Source: an uncultured Elusimicrobia bacterium (GTDB lineage: Bacteria > Elusimicrobiota > Elusimicrobia > UBA1565 > UBA9628). From it: 64,000 bases of DNA. The notes beneath the pieces were generated by a model that worked only from the letters and a program-made list of their open reading frames with translations, was not told where the DNA came from and ran no database searches. Each line of letters begins with the position of its first letter. Positions within the stretch are counted from its first letter, which is position 1. The stretch is from positions 7,816 to 71,815 of the forward strand of contig CAIKVT010000025.1 in assembly GCA_903830945.1 (NCBI GenBank), given 5' to 3'. Shown piece after piece: positions 1 to 8,860 of the stretch. The position numbers were made by a program, and so were the translations under genes.

Positions 1-550
1 GGAGCGCGTAGCAGAAGAGCAGGAACCAGCCCAGGGGAAAGCCGCCGTGCAGGTCCGGCCACAGGGCGAAAAGCGCGAGGATGCCCGCGAGGACCCGGGG
101 CGTCGGCCTGCGCAGCAGGCCGCTTTCCCCGGCGTAGATGATGGCGCCGACGAACAGCAGGGAAAACAGGTCGGGCCGGATGTCCGAGTCGGCCAGCATG
201 CCGGCGGACCACAGCGCCAGCCCCGCCGCCCGCAGCAGCGGGGTGCAGCCGCGCCGGGCCAAAGTGCGCTCGAGCAACGTTCCGGACGCGGCCAGGAGCA
301 GGCCTTTGAGCAGCCAGAGCGCGGTCATGCCCCCGAGAGCGTGCGCGGCCGTGAAGAGCAGCTGGCTGAGCCACTCGAAGTCCACCCAGGGCCTTCCTGC
401 CGCGGTGAAGGAAAGGAAATCCGCCCGCGGCAGGGCGCGGTTCTCCAGCATCCAGCGGCCGGCGCTCAGGTGCCAGAATAGGTCCGGGTTGACGATCGGC
501 AATAGCAGCGGCGCGGCGGCCAGCAGGGCCGCCGCCCAGGGCGCCGCGAT
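1..550 (-). CDS. Polytopic membrane protein; the C-terminus lies outside the window and the start is unresolved. Possibly a GT-C/ArnT-like membrane glycosyltransferase (weak guess).
   Basis: Absent from the ORF track because there is no ATG/GTG/TTG near its N-terminus. The minus-strand frame continuing after the TGA at 573-575 reads ...IAAPWAAALLAAAPLLLPIVNPDLFWHLSAGRWMLENRALPRADFLSFTAAGRPWVDFEWLSQLLFTAAHALGGMTALWLLKGLLLAASG... This gives several hydrophobic helices and stays open to position 1. The first in-frame ATG is at 451. Confidence 0.45.
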   Translation of the reverse strand, partial: MAAPWAAALLAAAPLLLPIVNPDLFWHLSAGRWMLENRALPRADFLSFTAAGRPWVDFEWLSQLLFTAAHALGGMTALWLLKGLLLAASGTLLERTLARRGCTPLLRAAGLALWSAGMLADSDIRPDLFSLLFVGAIIYAGESGLLRRPTPRVLAGILALFALWPDLHGGFPLGWFLLFCYAL

Positions 551-572
551 GCCGTATCGGGGGGGATGCAAG

Positions 573-1802
573 TCAGAAATGGAGGGCCGCGCCTTCCTGG
601 GCGCCGAAGCATTCGAGCCGGTAGCCCCGGCCGTGGATGAGTTCCTGGCAGCTGGCCACGAAACCGTCCATCATTTCGTCGGTGTGTTCCGGGTCGTGGT
701 GGAACAGCGCCAGCTGCTTGACCTCGGCCTTCGCGGCCAGGCCGATAACGTCGGCGAAGGTGGAGTGCCCCCAGCTTCGCTTGGACTTATACTCTTCGTC
801 CGTGTATTGGGCCTCGCAGATGAGTAAGGACGCTCCCCAGACGAAGCGCGCCACCGCGTCGTCTTCCTTGGCGCTGAACTCGCCCCGGTCGTTGAGCCGG
901 CCGTAAGGCTCGTGATCGCTCAAGTAGCAGACCGTGGCGGCCGGCGTCTCGATGCGGAAGCCCACGTTGATTCCTTGGTGGTTGAGGTAGTGGTAGGAGA
1001 CCTTGGTTTGCCCCAGCTGCAGGGGTCCGTCGAGCTCCACGATGGACAGATTGGAGCTCATGGTCTTCATGTCCACGGGGAAATACTGGTGGCTCATCTG
1101 GCCCCGCAGGACGTCCGCGAAGCTCTCCGTGGCTCCGTGTGCTCCGTGGATCGTGAAGCGGTTCTGCGGAAGGTAGAGGGGCGTGAAGAAGGGCAGGCCT
1201 TGGATGTGGTCCCAATGGGTGTGGCCGATGAAGAGGTCGGCTGAGATCGGTCTGGCCTGGAATTCTCTCATGAGGGAGCGGCCCAACTCCCGGATGCCGG
1301 ATCCGGCGTCAATGATGATGAGCTGGTCGCCCACGCGCAGTTCCACGCAAGGGGTGTTGCCTCCGTAGCGCTCGGTGCGCGGGCCCGGGGTGGGAATAGA
1401 GCCGCGCGTGCCCCAGAAGCGCAGGGTGACCGGTGGCTTGGCGCCGCCCACGAGCTCTTGGACTTTTTTAAGCAGAGCCTTGATATCGTAGGGCTTGGTG
1501 ATGAAATCATCGGCGCCGATTTTGCGGGCGGTCTCCTGGTCCGCCGCGTAGGATTTCGAGGAGACGACGAGCACCGGGAGGCCCCTCAGCCCCTCATCCT
1601 GGCGGATGAGCTGGAGGACCTCGTAGCCATGCAGCCGGGGCATGAGCAGGTCCAGGATGACGAGGTCCGGCTTCTCGGCCTTGGCCGCCGTCAGGCCGGC
1701 CACGCCATCCTCGGCCGTGCGCACTTCGAAATGGGGACGCAGGACATCTATCAAGAGATGTCTGATCTCGGGGTCGTCATCGATGACTAGGATCTTCTTC
1801 AT
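573..1802 (-). CDS. Response-regulator receiver domain fused to an MBL-fold metallo-hydrolase domain
   Basis: N-terminus MKKILVIDDDPEIRHLLIDVL...PDLVILDLLMPRLHGYEVL...LPVLVVSSK is a CheY-like receiver. The C-terminal part carries the HxHxDH motif (IGHTHWDHIQG) and a later HHDP. The ATG at 1802 is preferred over the track start at 1838. Confidence 0.8.
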   Translation of the reverse strand: MKKILVIDDDPEIRHLLIDVLRPHFEVRTAEDGVAGLTAAKAEKPDLVILDLLMPRLHGYEVLQLIRQDEGLRGLPVLVVSSKSYAADQETARKIGADDFITKPYDIKALLKKVQELVGGAKPPVTLRFWGTRGSIPTPGPRTERYGGNTPCVELRVGDQLIIIDAGSGIRELGRSLMREFQARPISADLFIGHTHWDHIQGLPFFTPLYLPQNRFTIHGAHGATESFADVLRGQMSHQYFPVDMKTMSSNLSIVELDGPLQLGQTKVSYHYLNHQGINVGFRIETPAATVCYLSDHEPYGRLNDRGEFSAKEDDAVARFVWGASLLICEAQYTDEEYKSKRSWGHSTFADVIGLAAKAEVKQLALFHHDPEHTDEMMDGFVASCQELIHGRGYRLECFGAQEGAALHF

Positions 1803-1956
1803 TAGGTCCGGTGCCGTCCGGGAAGGTAGTTGTACCATGGCTGGCGGGGTTCGTCAATACCCATGGCGCCGCCATGCCGGCCGGGAGAACTTGATATAAT
1901 ACTCGCTCCATGACCACTGCGGACGTGACCGCCCTCACCGGCCTGCAGGGAGGAGC

Positions 1957-3078
1957 ATGACCCGCCGGTTTGTCATTTCGGGGGGTTTTCTGGCCTCTTT
2001 GGGCCTGTTGGCCTATCTTATTGGGGGTCATCTCACGGCCTTGCTGCGTATCGGCACCCAGCTGGAATGGCCGTACGTGGCTGCAGCGGTGCTCTGTGCG
2101 CTGTCCAGCTATTTTATGGTGGGGTTGGCCCTGCGCGAGGTGCTGGTCCTTCTTGGGCACTCACTGCCATTGCCGGTCGTGCTGGGTATCGCGTTGGTAT
2201 CTACCTCGGTCAACTATCTTGTCTCCACCGCAGGGGTCAGCGGCTTCGCGCTCAAGGCGCATCTGCTGCGCAAGAGGCAGGTCCCTTATGCCACGACCGT
2301 GATGGCGGCCGTGGTCAGTTCGGCCATCCTCTATTTCGTTCTGGCCGTGATCTTCGGCCAAGGGCTGATCTATCTTTTCATGCATCTGCAAGGAGCGCGC
2401 ATCGCGCTCATGGAAGGCGTTGTGGGGATGGGCCTCTTGCTGGGGACATCCATCGTCCTCATGGTTTTCGCTTTCAACCACAAGCTGCGCGGCCGCATCA
2501 CCCGGCTGGCCTTCCATCGCTTCAATCGGGTGGTCTTCTCCTTCTCGAAGCGAGAGGTGCCCCGCGAGGAGTTCGAGGAATTCGAGCACCAGCTGGCCGC
2601 GGGCCTGGGCACCATCCATCACCACCGCGGGCGCCTGACCAAGACCATTGCCTTCACCGGGCTCGATTGGGTGATGGCCATGCTCACGCTGCATTTCTGC
2701 TTGCGCGCCGTGGGCATGCCGCACATCCCGGTGGGGCATCTGATCGCCGGCTTCACCGCCGGCCAGGCCACGACGCTCATCCCGTTCCTGCCCGGCGGGT
2801 TGGGCGCCATGGAGGGGTCCATGGCCGCGACCTTCAGCGGCCTCGGACTGGACTGGGACGATGCGCTCATGGCCGTCCTGCTCTATCGCGCCGCGTACTA
2901 TTTCATCCCCGGCATCCTGAGCATCTTCGTGTTGTGGGGCCTGAAGATGTCCGAGCCGGATATCATGGCCCAGACGGCGCTCGAGACCGAGGCTCTGCCG
3001 GATGAGCTTAAGCGCCAGGCGGGCGAGCTCGAGCACAGTCAGCCCTGGCCGCATACGCATCGGCCGGGACGGGATTGA
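1957..3078 (+). CDS. UPF0104 / lysyl-phosphatidylglycerol-synthase-TM-like (flippase-like) integral membrane protein
   Basis: 373 aa with about 8 hydrophobic helices. The pattern GIALVSTSVNYLVSTAGVSGFALKAHLLRKRQVPY and a C-terminal LIPFLPGGLGAMEG are typical of this family, recalled from memory. Confidence 0.55.
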   Translation: MTRRFVISGGFLASLGLLAYLIGGHLTALLRIGTQLEWPYVAAAVLCALSSYFMVGLALREVLVLLGHSLPLPVVLGIALVSTSVNYLVSTAGVSGFALKAHLLRKRQVPYATTVMAAVVSSAILYFVLAVIFGQGLIYLFMHLQGARIALMEGVVGMGLLLGTSIVLMVFAFNHKLRGRITRLAFHRFNRVVFSFSKREVPREEFEEFEHQLAAGLGTIHHHRGRLTKTIAFTGLDWVMAMLTLHFCLRAVGMPHIPVGHLIAGFTAGQATTLIPFLPGGLGAMEGSMAATFSGLGLDWDDALMAVLLYRAAYYFIPGILSIFVLWGLKMSEPDIMAQTALETEALPDELKRQAGELEHSQPWPHTHRPGRD

Positions 3079-3186
3079 ATGCGTTGGCGTCGCCCTTGCG
3101 GGGGAGGGATCGTTTCCGCGTGATTTTTTGACGGGTCCATCCCCGCGTCCTTGACGGTGTAAGACCTCATTGTTATACTGAACCTT

Positions 3187-3645
3187 ATGGAATCGCAGGA
3201 ACCATACCTGGCCGAACCGAAGGATAAGCGCATCCTGATCGTCGATGACGACGAGGACCTCCGCAACCTTCTAGAGCTGGGTGCGCAGCAGGAGGGGTTC
3301 CAGGTGGCCACGGCCGTCGACGGAGCTATGGCGGTCAAGGTGATCGCGGAATTCCATCCGGACCTCATCATCACGGACCTGATGATGCCGGGTCGGGGAG
3401 GCTATGAGCTGATACGCCACCTGCAGGGAACGGAACACGTCGCCGTACCCGTCATCGTGATCACGGCCAGGAAGCTCGATGAGTCGACCAAGGAGATGTT
3501 CTTCCGGGAAGGCAATGTCGTTCAAGTCCTGATCAAGCCCCTTCCCCTTAAAACCTTCACGCTCACCCTGCACCACATCCTGCGCACTAATCCGACCCAG
3601 GTCGAGCGTCCGCGGGGGATTAACGACCGGCCGGATTGTCGCTAG
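3187..3645 (+). CDS. Stand-alone response regulator (CheY-like receiver)
   Basis: KRILIVDDDEDLRNLLE...PDLIITDLMMPGRGGYELIRHLQ...VPVIVITARK...KPL contains the canonical receiver motifs (DD, phospho-acceptor D, T/S, K). Confidence 0.85.
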   Translation: MESQEPYLAEPKDKRILIVDDDEDLRNLLELGAQQEGFQVATAVDGAMAVKVIAEFHPDLIITDLMMPGRGGYELIRHLQGTEHVAVPVIVITARKLDESTKEMFFREGNVVQVLIKPLPLKTFTLTLHHILRTNPTQVERPRGINDRPDCR

Positions 3646-3686
3646 GGATCCGAAGCCGCGGGCCGGTCGGGCTTCCGTTTGATATC

Positions 3687-4448
3687 ATGAGGAGTATGGT
3701 CGCGGGCGTCTGGGCGTGCAGCGGCAGGAAGGCGGCGGCGTTTTTAGGGCTGCTCATGTTTTCCGCTCAGACCCTGGCCGGCGCGGCCGCGCCGCAGGTC
3801 GCGGCCTCCACGAGCACGAGAGCTCTTCGCCAGGATATACCTTTGTCTCTGACCTTTATTCAGAACCGCCGGGACCGGCGTTTGGAGCTTGGCTACAGCC
3901 TCCGCTGGGATTTTGACGACCTTAAGGATGCGGGGCCCGGCGTGCTGCAGGTGCTGAGTGATCCGGCATCAGTCTGGAGGGACCAGTCCTGGGATATCAG
4001 GGACCGCACCCGTTTTGTCTTCTACGGCGTGAGGGTGGATCCTTGGAAGGTCTTCTTCGAGCCGGTCCCGGCGGCCTCGATCTTGACCAGCAGCGCGGTC
4101 CTCTTCGGAACGGCGGGCTCAGCTGCGCGGAGTCGCCGCTTCCGTCCTTCCGTCTGGCCGGCGCTCAAGGACATCAACGACCACATCGAGGACGACATCC
4201 GCGGCGCGGCGTTGCGGGAAACTCTGCACCGGCTGCCGCCCGAGGCGCAGAAGAAGACGGTCGCAGACGAGCAGGATCTTCTGCGCGACCTCATTTTGTG
4301 GCAGCGGGAGCAGAGCATCCCCGGCCTGGCCGAGGCTGCCGACGGGTTGGAATACCTTGCTCCGGAGCGCCGGCGCGGCGGGATGCGGCACGAGGGCATC
4401 CACCAATCCACCGGGAGCGCGCGCTCGCGCACGGCAGGCGATCAGTAG
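3687..4448 (+). CDS. Hypothetical secreted protein
   Basis: N-terminal signal-like segment MRSMVAGVWACSGRKAAAFLGLLMFSAQTLAGAAA. No recognisable domain. The start could be TTG 3636, ATG 3687 or ATG 3696. Confidence 0.4.
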   Translation: MRSMVAGVWACSGRKAAAFLGLLMFSAQTLAGAAAPQVAASTSTRALRQDIPLSLTFIQNRRDRRLELGYSLRWDFDDLKDAGPGVLQVLSDPASVWRDQSWDIRDRTRFVFYGVRVDPWKVFFEPVPAASILTSSAVLFGTAGSAARSRRFRPSVWPALKDINDHIEDDIRGAALRETLHRLPPEAQKKTVADEQDLLRDLILWQREQSIPGLAEAADGLEYLAPERRRGGMRHEGIHQSTGSARSRTAGDQ

Positions 4449-4478
4449 GGCGCTCTGGCGCAATAGAGGGGGGGCGGC

Positions 4479-5180
4479 TCAGCGGGGCGGGCGCGTGGAT
4501 AACTTGAGCTGCTTGACTACTTCCTGCATGAGTGCGGCCGAGGCTTGCTCGGTCGCGGCCGAGGGGCCGACGCCCTCACTGGAGGCCGAGGCGCTCCAGA
4601 GGACTTCTGCGGTCTCTACGTCCACCAGCCGGGCGGACATGCCGACATGAGCGGGGAGGGTCTGGATCTCGGGGACCACTTGGTTCGTTGAGAAATTCTG
4701 GTAGCCGGTCACCACTTGCTGGGAGGTCCTGATAACGGTGCTTCCTGAGCGCTGGGTGGTCTCGACCGTGCCGTAGATGGGCTCGGTGTGCTCCTGGGGT
4801 TCGTCGACCATGACGGTCTGCTCGCGGGCGTTGGTGAAATCGGTGAGGCCGCCTAGGACCAGGGCATCGACGCCCAGGAGCCTGCCGACCTTGCGGATCG
4901 TGGCTGAGTCGACGGCGTCCGAGGACTGGAAGGATTGCTCGTCGAGGACTTGCTGGACCTGGCGGCGTTCGATGAGGCTGTAGTCGGCCCAGAGGAGGTA
5001 CTTTTCAAAGGTCCCGACCGCGAGTTCCCCGGAGCCCGGCACTCCGGGGTAGTCCGTGAAGTTGAGCACGGCTACACGGCGGATGTGCTGAGGGTCGTAG
5101 GAATGGCTTACGACGACGACGGCGGGCGCGGCGCAGGCGTAGAATCCGGCGAGCAGAAAGAGGGGAGCTCTCAGGGTCAT
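4479..5180 (-). CDS. CsgG/LpoB-like periplasmic lipoprotein (COG1462-type)
   Basis: Signal/lipobox-like N-terminus MTLRAPLFLLAGFYACAAP. RRVAVLNFTDYPG...LAVGTFEKYL...SLIERRQVQQVLDEQSFQSSD...IRKVGRLLGVDALVLGGLTDF...GMSARLVDVETAEVLW matches the CsgG-family pattern from memory. An ATGA overlap links it to the upstream Sel1 gene. Confidence 0.6.
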   Translation of the reverse strand: MTLRAPLFLLAGFYACAAPAVVVVSHSYDPQHIRRVAVLNFTDYPGVPGSGELAVGTFEKYLLWADYSLIERRQVQQVLDEQSFQSSDAVDSATIRKVGRLLGVDALVLGGLTDFTNAREQTVMVDEPQEHTEPIYGTVETTQRSGSTVIRTSQQVVTGYQNFSTNQVVPEIQTLPAHVGMSARLVDVETAEVLWSASASSEGVGPSAATEQASAALMQEVVKQLKLSTRPPR

Positions 5181-6112
5181 GGGTCTACCGGAGTGAAAGC
5201 GGCGGCGCGACGTTTGGCCGTATCGACCTGGGCCGGAGTCAGTATGGTCTCTAATCGGCGCAGGCTCTGGCCGGCGGGCTTATCGCCGCGTTGCGACGAG
5301 AGGATATACCATGTGTACGCTTCGGCCAGGTCTTTGGCTGCGCCGAGGCCGCGCTCGTAGAGGCGGCCCAGCTTGTACTGGGCGAAGGAGTTTCCTTGGA
5401 GCGCGGCCTTGCGGTACCAGGCGAAGGCATCATCGGGGCTGCGCATGAGGCCGCGGCCGGTCTCGTACATGACGCCCAGGTTGCGCTCGGCGAAGTGATA
5501 GCCGCGCTCGGCGGCCCTGCGGTACCAGCGCGCGGCGGACGCTTCGTCGCGCGTGACCCCGAGGCCGTGCTCGTAGAGATAGCCGATGTTGTTCTGAGCG
5601 TAGGGGTTGCCGGCTTGCGCGGCCTTGAGGTAGCAGTCGGCGGCTTTCTTGTAATCCTGGGCCGCGCCGCGCCCATGAAAGTACATGTTGCCGAGGTTGG
5701 TCCAGGCCAGTCCCTTGCCCCAGTCGTCTGACGTTTCGTTCCGCGCGGCCTGTTCGTACCAGGCCAGGGCTTGCGCGAAGTCCTGCTTGACGCCCTGGCC
5801 GGTGTAGTAAAGGTAGCCGAGGTTGTTTTGCGCCCGGCCGTCGCCGAGGGCCGCGGCTTTGGCGTACCAGTCGCGGGCTTTGGCCGGGTCCTGGGGGACG
5901 CCGCGGCCGTGCTCGTACATGACGGCGACGGCGTATTGGGCCTTGGGGTCGCCTTGCTCGGCGGCCTGCTGCATGAGCTTGGCGGCCTCCTCGTAGTGTC
6001 CAGATTTATAGGCGGCCTTGGTCTCAGAGAGGAGATCGGCCCGGCAGACGGCGGCGAGCATCAGGGCCGCGAGGGCGAGAGTAAGGGTTTCCGATAAGGG
6101 TCTGTGTTTCAT
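5177..6112 (-). CDS. Sel1-repeat (SLR/TPR-like) protein, secreted
   Basis: Signal peptide followed by about 7 tandem Sel1 repeats, for example AQYAVAVMYEHGRGVPQDPAKARDWYAKAAALGDGRAQNNLGYLYYTGQGVKQDFAQALAWYEQAA. Confidence 0.9.
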   Translation of the reverse strand: MKHRPLSETLTLALAALMLAAVCRADLLSETKAAYKSGHYEEAAKLMQQAAEQGDPKAQYAVAVMYEHGRGVPQDPAKARDWYAKAAALGDGRAQNNLGYLYYTGQGVKQDFAQALAWYEQAARNETSDDWGKGLAWTNLGNMYFHGRGAAQDYKKAADCYLKAAQAGNPYAQNNIGYLYEHGLGVTRDEASAARWYRRAAERGYHFAERNLGVMYETGRGLMRSPDDAFAWYRKAALQGNSFAQYKLGRLYERGLGAAKDLAEAYTWYILSSQRGDKPAGQSLRRLETILTPAQVDTAKRRAAAFTPVDP

Positions 6113-6213
6113 TGTCTCCTAAATTCATTATAGGATATTGTCGTTGCTGACTTTGCTGCGTCATTGCCATGGTGTCCGCAAACGAATAGAATAGGGACCC
6201 TTTTTCATCCACC

Positions 6214-6708
6214 ATGAGTCATTGGCTCGTGCCGTTCGCCGGGGCGGCTGCGATTTTCTTCGCCGCGCTGATGCTGGCGCAGCGTTCTCTCTATTCCGCC
6301 GCTATTTGCTTTTTGGCAGTGGTGCTTCAGGTCTCGGTGCTGCTCTACGCCTCGGGCGCCAGATTGCTGGCCCTGCTCCTGCTGCTCATATACGCCGGAG
6401 CCGTGGCCGTGCTCATCGTGGTCTCGATCCAGGCCAGCGGCGGTGACCAGCGGGAAGATGCGCCTTGCAGCCGATGGAACCGGCCGGGACTGCCCTGGCC
6501 TTTGCTGGCGGCGGGCCTGCTTTTGCCGGTGTTCGACGTCGCTTTGCTCGCCGCCCGGTCCATCGGCGCGTCTCGCTCCGGTACGGCCGGCGACTGGGCG
6601 TTGGGCCAGGCTCTTTTTGGGCCTTATGCCGCGGCTGTCGAGGTAGTGGCGCTCCTGATGCTTTTCGCGGCTCTGGCCGTGATCGGGAGTCCGCAGGAGA
6701 AGAGATGA
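6214..6708 (+). CDS. nuoJ: NADH-quinone oxidoreductase subunit J
   Basis: 164-aa hydrophobic protein with LLLLIYAGAVAVLIVVSI (the NuoJ YAGA-type motif). It sits directly upstream of nuoK with an ATGA overlap. Confidence 0.8.
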   Translation: MSHWLVPFAGAAAIFFAALMLAQRSLYSAAICFLAVVLQVSVLLYASGARLLALLLLLIYAGAVAVLIVVSIQASGGDQREDAPCSRWNRPGLPWPLLAAGLLLPVFDVALLAARSIGASRSGTAGDWALGQALFGPYAAAVEVVALLMLFAALAVIGSPQEKR

Positions 6709-7001
6709 GCGCGGTTGTCTGGGCCGTGAGCGGCATGTTGTTCTTATTGGGCCTGGCCGCGGTGGTGCTGCGTCGGCAACTGCTCGCCATGTTCTTGGGC
6801 CTTGAGCTCATGGTCGTAGCCGCGGCTTTGGCCTTGGGCCACGAGGCGGGGCGCGCCGGGCTTGCCGAAGGGTTGGTGGCGGTGCTGCTGGTCTTGGCCG
6901 TGGCCGCGGCTGAGGCCGTGGTAGGATTGACCTTGGTCCTGCGGGTCCACTGGTCCGGGCGGCCGACCGAGGCTGACGCCCTGCGGGAACTTCGGGGATG
7001 A
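6705..7001 (+). CDS. nuoK: NADH-quinone oxidoreductase subunit K
   Basis: Internal start in track ORF 6465..7001. MSAVVWAVSGMLFLLGLAAVVLRRQLLAMFLGLELMVVAAALAL... is a 98-aa, 3-TM protein with the conserved GLELM motif. It has ATGA overlaps on both sides. Confidence 0.85.
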   Translation: MSAVVWAVSGMLFLLGLAAVVLRRQLLAMFLGLELMVVAAALALGHEAGRAGLAEGLVAVLLVLAVAAAEAVVGLTLVLRVHWSGRPTEADALRELRG

Positions 7002-8860
7002 TCCATATCCCGTCGGCTGTTATCCTGCTCTTCGCGGCTCCCCTGGCCGCTTTGGCTGTGGGTTTTTTCGTGACTCGGCCGTATAAGCCCGAGTGGACGC
7101 ATATCCCGGTTCTCCTTTCCTGCGCTGTGGTCTGCGCTTGTGCCGCTTACCTGGCCGCTTTCGTCTATTCCGGCCGGGGGCTTGACGGGACCTTGTTCCG
7201 GTGGATGGTAGCCGGGGACTGGGACGTGCCCTTCGGCGTGCGCATCGACGGAATCGGCGTCTCGGTGCTGGCCATGGTCTCTTTGGTCGGCGCGCTCATC
7301 CACCTCTATGCCGTGGGCTACATGAAGGGAGATCCCGGTTTCGCGCGATTTTTCCTGCTCTTCCATCTTTTCTATCTGTCTATGATCGGCCTGCTGATCT
7401 CCAATAATTACGTGCAGCTCTACTTGTTCTGGGAGCTGGTGGGCGTATGCTCTTATTTCCTCATCGGATTCTGGATGCATAAGCCGGCCGCTCGTCGTGC
7501 CGCTTTGCAGGCCTTCCTGACTCTGCGCGTGGCCGATCTTGGCCTGATGCTGGCGGTGCTCATTCTGATGGGTCTCTACAGGAACACGCGCTTCGCGGCG
7601 CTCTATGCGGTGGCGGGCGGAATCCCGACCGGCGTCCTGGCTTTACTCGGCGTGCTTTTCGTCTGGGCCGCGGCCGGGAAGTCCGCCTTGTTCCCGCTCT
7701 ATTTCTGGCTGCCCGACGCCATGGAAGGCCCGTCTCCGGTGTCGGCGCTGATGCATGCAGCAACCATGGTGACCGCGGGCATATTCCTCCTGGTGCGTTC
7801 CTGGCCGCTCATCTGCGTGGTGCCGGGCCTGCCCGAGTTCATCGCCGTCGTTGGCGCGGTCACGGCCATCTTGGCGGCCGTTCTTGCCTCCACCCAGACT
7901 GACCTGAAGCGCATTCTGGCGTATTCCACGGTGAGCCACCTGGGCCTGATGGCTTTCGGTCTCGGCCTGGGACAGGTCACGGCCGGGGTCTTCCACCTGG
8001 TGACGCACGGATTTTTCAAGGCTGTGCTCTTCCTCTGCGCGGGAATACTCGCTCATGCCGCGGGCAAGTCCACGGTGTCGGTTTCCGAGGTTGGAGGGCT
8101 GCGCCGTAAGATGCCGCTGACCTTCCTCTGCTTCCTGGTCGCGGCCCTTTCTTTGGGCGGCTTTCCGTTGACCGCCGGGTTCTACAGCAAGGACGCCATA
8201 CTCGATGCGGCCTTCGCCCATGGCGGCTGGGCGGCGGCGGCGGGGTTGGCCATCGCGGCGGGCAGCGCCTTCTATATCTCGCGGATGCTGTTTTTGACCT
8301 TCTTCGGCAGCCGGCCCGAGCAGAAGCCGATCGAGCATCCGCATGAGGCTCCGCCGGTTATGATAGTGCCGGTGTTGTTCCTATCCGCGGGCGCCGTGTC
8401 CGTGGGCTGGCTGGGCCGAGGCCTGGCGCGCATGTTGGGTTCCGGCTGGCCCAAGTCCGTGCCTGCCCCCGCCCTGGAGGGGCCCACGTCCGTGGTATCC
8501 TCGGCGGGACTGGCCGCCGCCGCTCTGGGCGCAGCCGGCGCTTATTGGTTGACCATGCTGCGGCCTTCCTGGGACTGGCAGTGGCGCCGGCGACGGCCCG
8601 GCCTGGAGGCGCTGTTCTTCGACGACCTTGGTTGGCGCCGGGTGCCGGTTGCCTGCGTTACGGCCGCGGTCTGGTTTGCGGACAAGGTCGGCCGGGTCTT
8701 GGACCGGGACTGCTGGGATGCGGCCATCGAGGGCTCTACCGGGGTCTGCCGGCGAGTGTCCGAGGCGGGCAGCCGCCTGGCCACCGGCAGCCTTTCCGAT
8801 TCTTTGTGGTGGGTCATGATCGGGGCCGCGGCGCTCCTGGCCTGGGCGGCTTTGAGATGA
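6998..8860 (+). CDS. nuoL: NADH-quinone oxidoreductase subunit L
   Basis: 620-aa antiporter-like subunit with LFWELVGVCSYFLIGFW, WLPDAMEGPSPVSALMHAATMVTAGIFLL and a long C-terminal extension. Confidence 0.9.
   Translation: MIHIPSAVILLFAAPLAALAVGFFVTRPYKPEWTHIPVLLSCAVVCACAAYLAAFVYSGRGLDGTLFRWMVAGDWDVPFGVRIDGIGVSVLAMVSLVGALIHLYAVGYMKGDPGFARFFLLFHLFYLSMIGLLISNNYVQLYLFWELVGVCSYFLIGFWMHKPAARRAALQAFLTLRVADLGLMLAVLILMGLYRNTRFAALYAVAGGIPTGVLALLGVLFVWAAAGKSALFPLYFWLPDAMEGPSPVSALMHAATMVTAGIFLLVRSWPLICVVPGLPEFIAVVGAVTAILAAVLASTQTDLKRILAYSTVSHLGLMAFGLGLGQVTAGVFHLVTHGFFKAVLFLCAGILAHAAGKSTVSVSEVGGLRRKMPLTFLCFLVAALSLGGFPLTAGFYSKDAILDAAFAHGGWAAAAGLAIAAGSAFYISRMLFLTFFGSRPEQKPIEHPHEAPPVMIVPVLFLSAGAVSVGWLGRGLARMLGSGWPKSVPAPALEGPTSVVSSAGLAAAALGAAGAYWLTMLRPSWDWQWRRRRPGLEALFFDDLGWRRVPVACVTAAVWFADKVGRVLDRDCWDAAIEGSTGVCRRVSEAGSRLATGSLSDSLWWVMIGAAALLAWAALR

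Noticed and set aside
573-575. Possible genetic-code reassignment of TGA, since an ORF continues in frame across it.
   Set aside because: TGA is used as the stop of many well-supported genes here, including numerous ATGA overlaps in nuo, gvp and the sensor operon. A genome-wide recoding is therefore not supported. The local oddity is kept as a low-interest finding.
6413-7480. A 355-aa minus-strand ORF across nuoJ, nuoK and nuoL.
   Set aside because: Same reasoning: it is antisense to well-supported membrane subunits, has an Arg/Ser/Pro-rich composition and shows no motifs.
8545-8856. Long N-terminal extensions offered by the ORF track for nuoM. The same occurs for nuoK 6465, nuoC 12321, nuoI 19743, cdaA 20072, recQ 34377, gvpA 36598, gvpG 46260, the hybrid kinase 59850 and others.
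   Set aside because: The extensions run inside the preceding gene and are Arg/Gly-rich. In each case an internal ATG or GTG forms an ATGA/GTGA overlap with the upstream stop and begins the conserved protein sequence.
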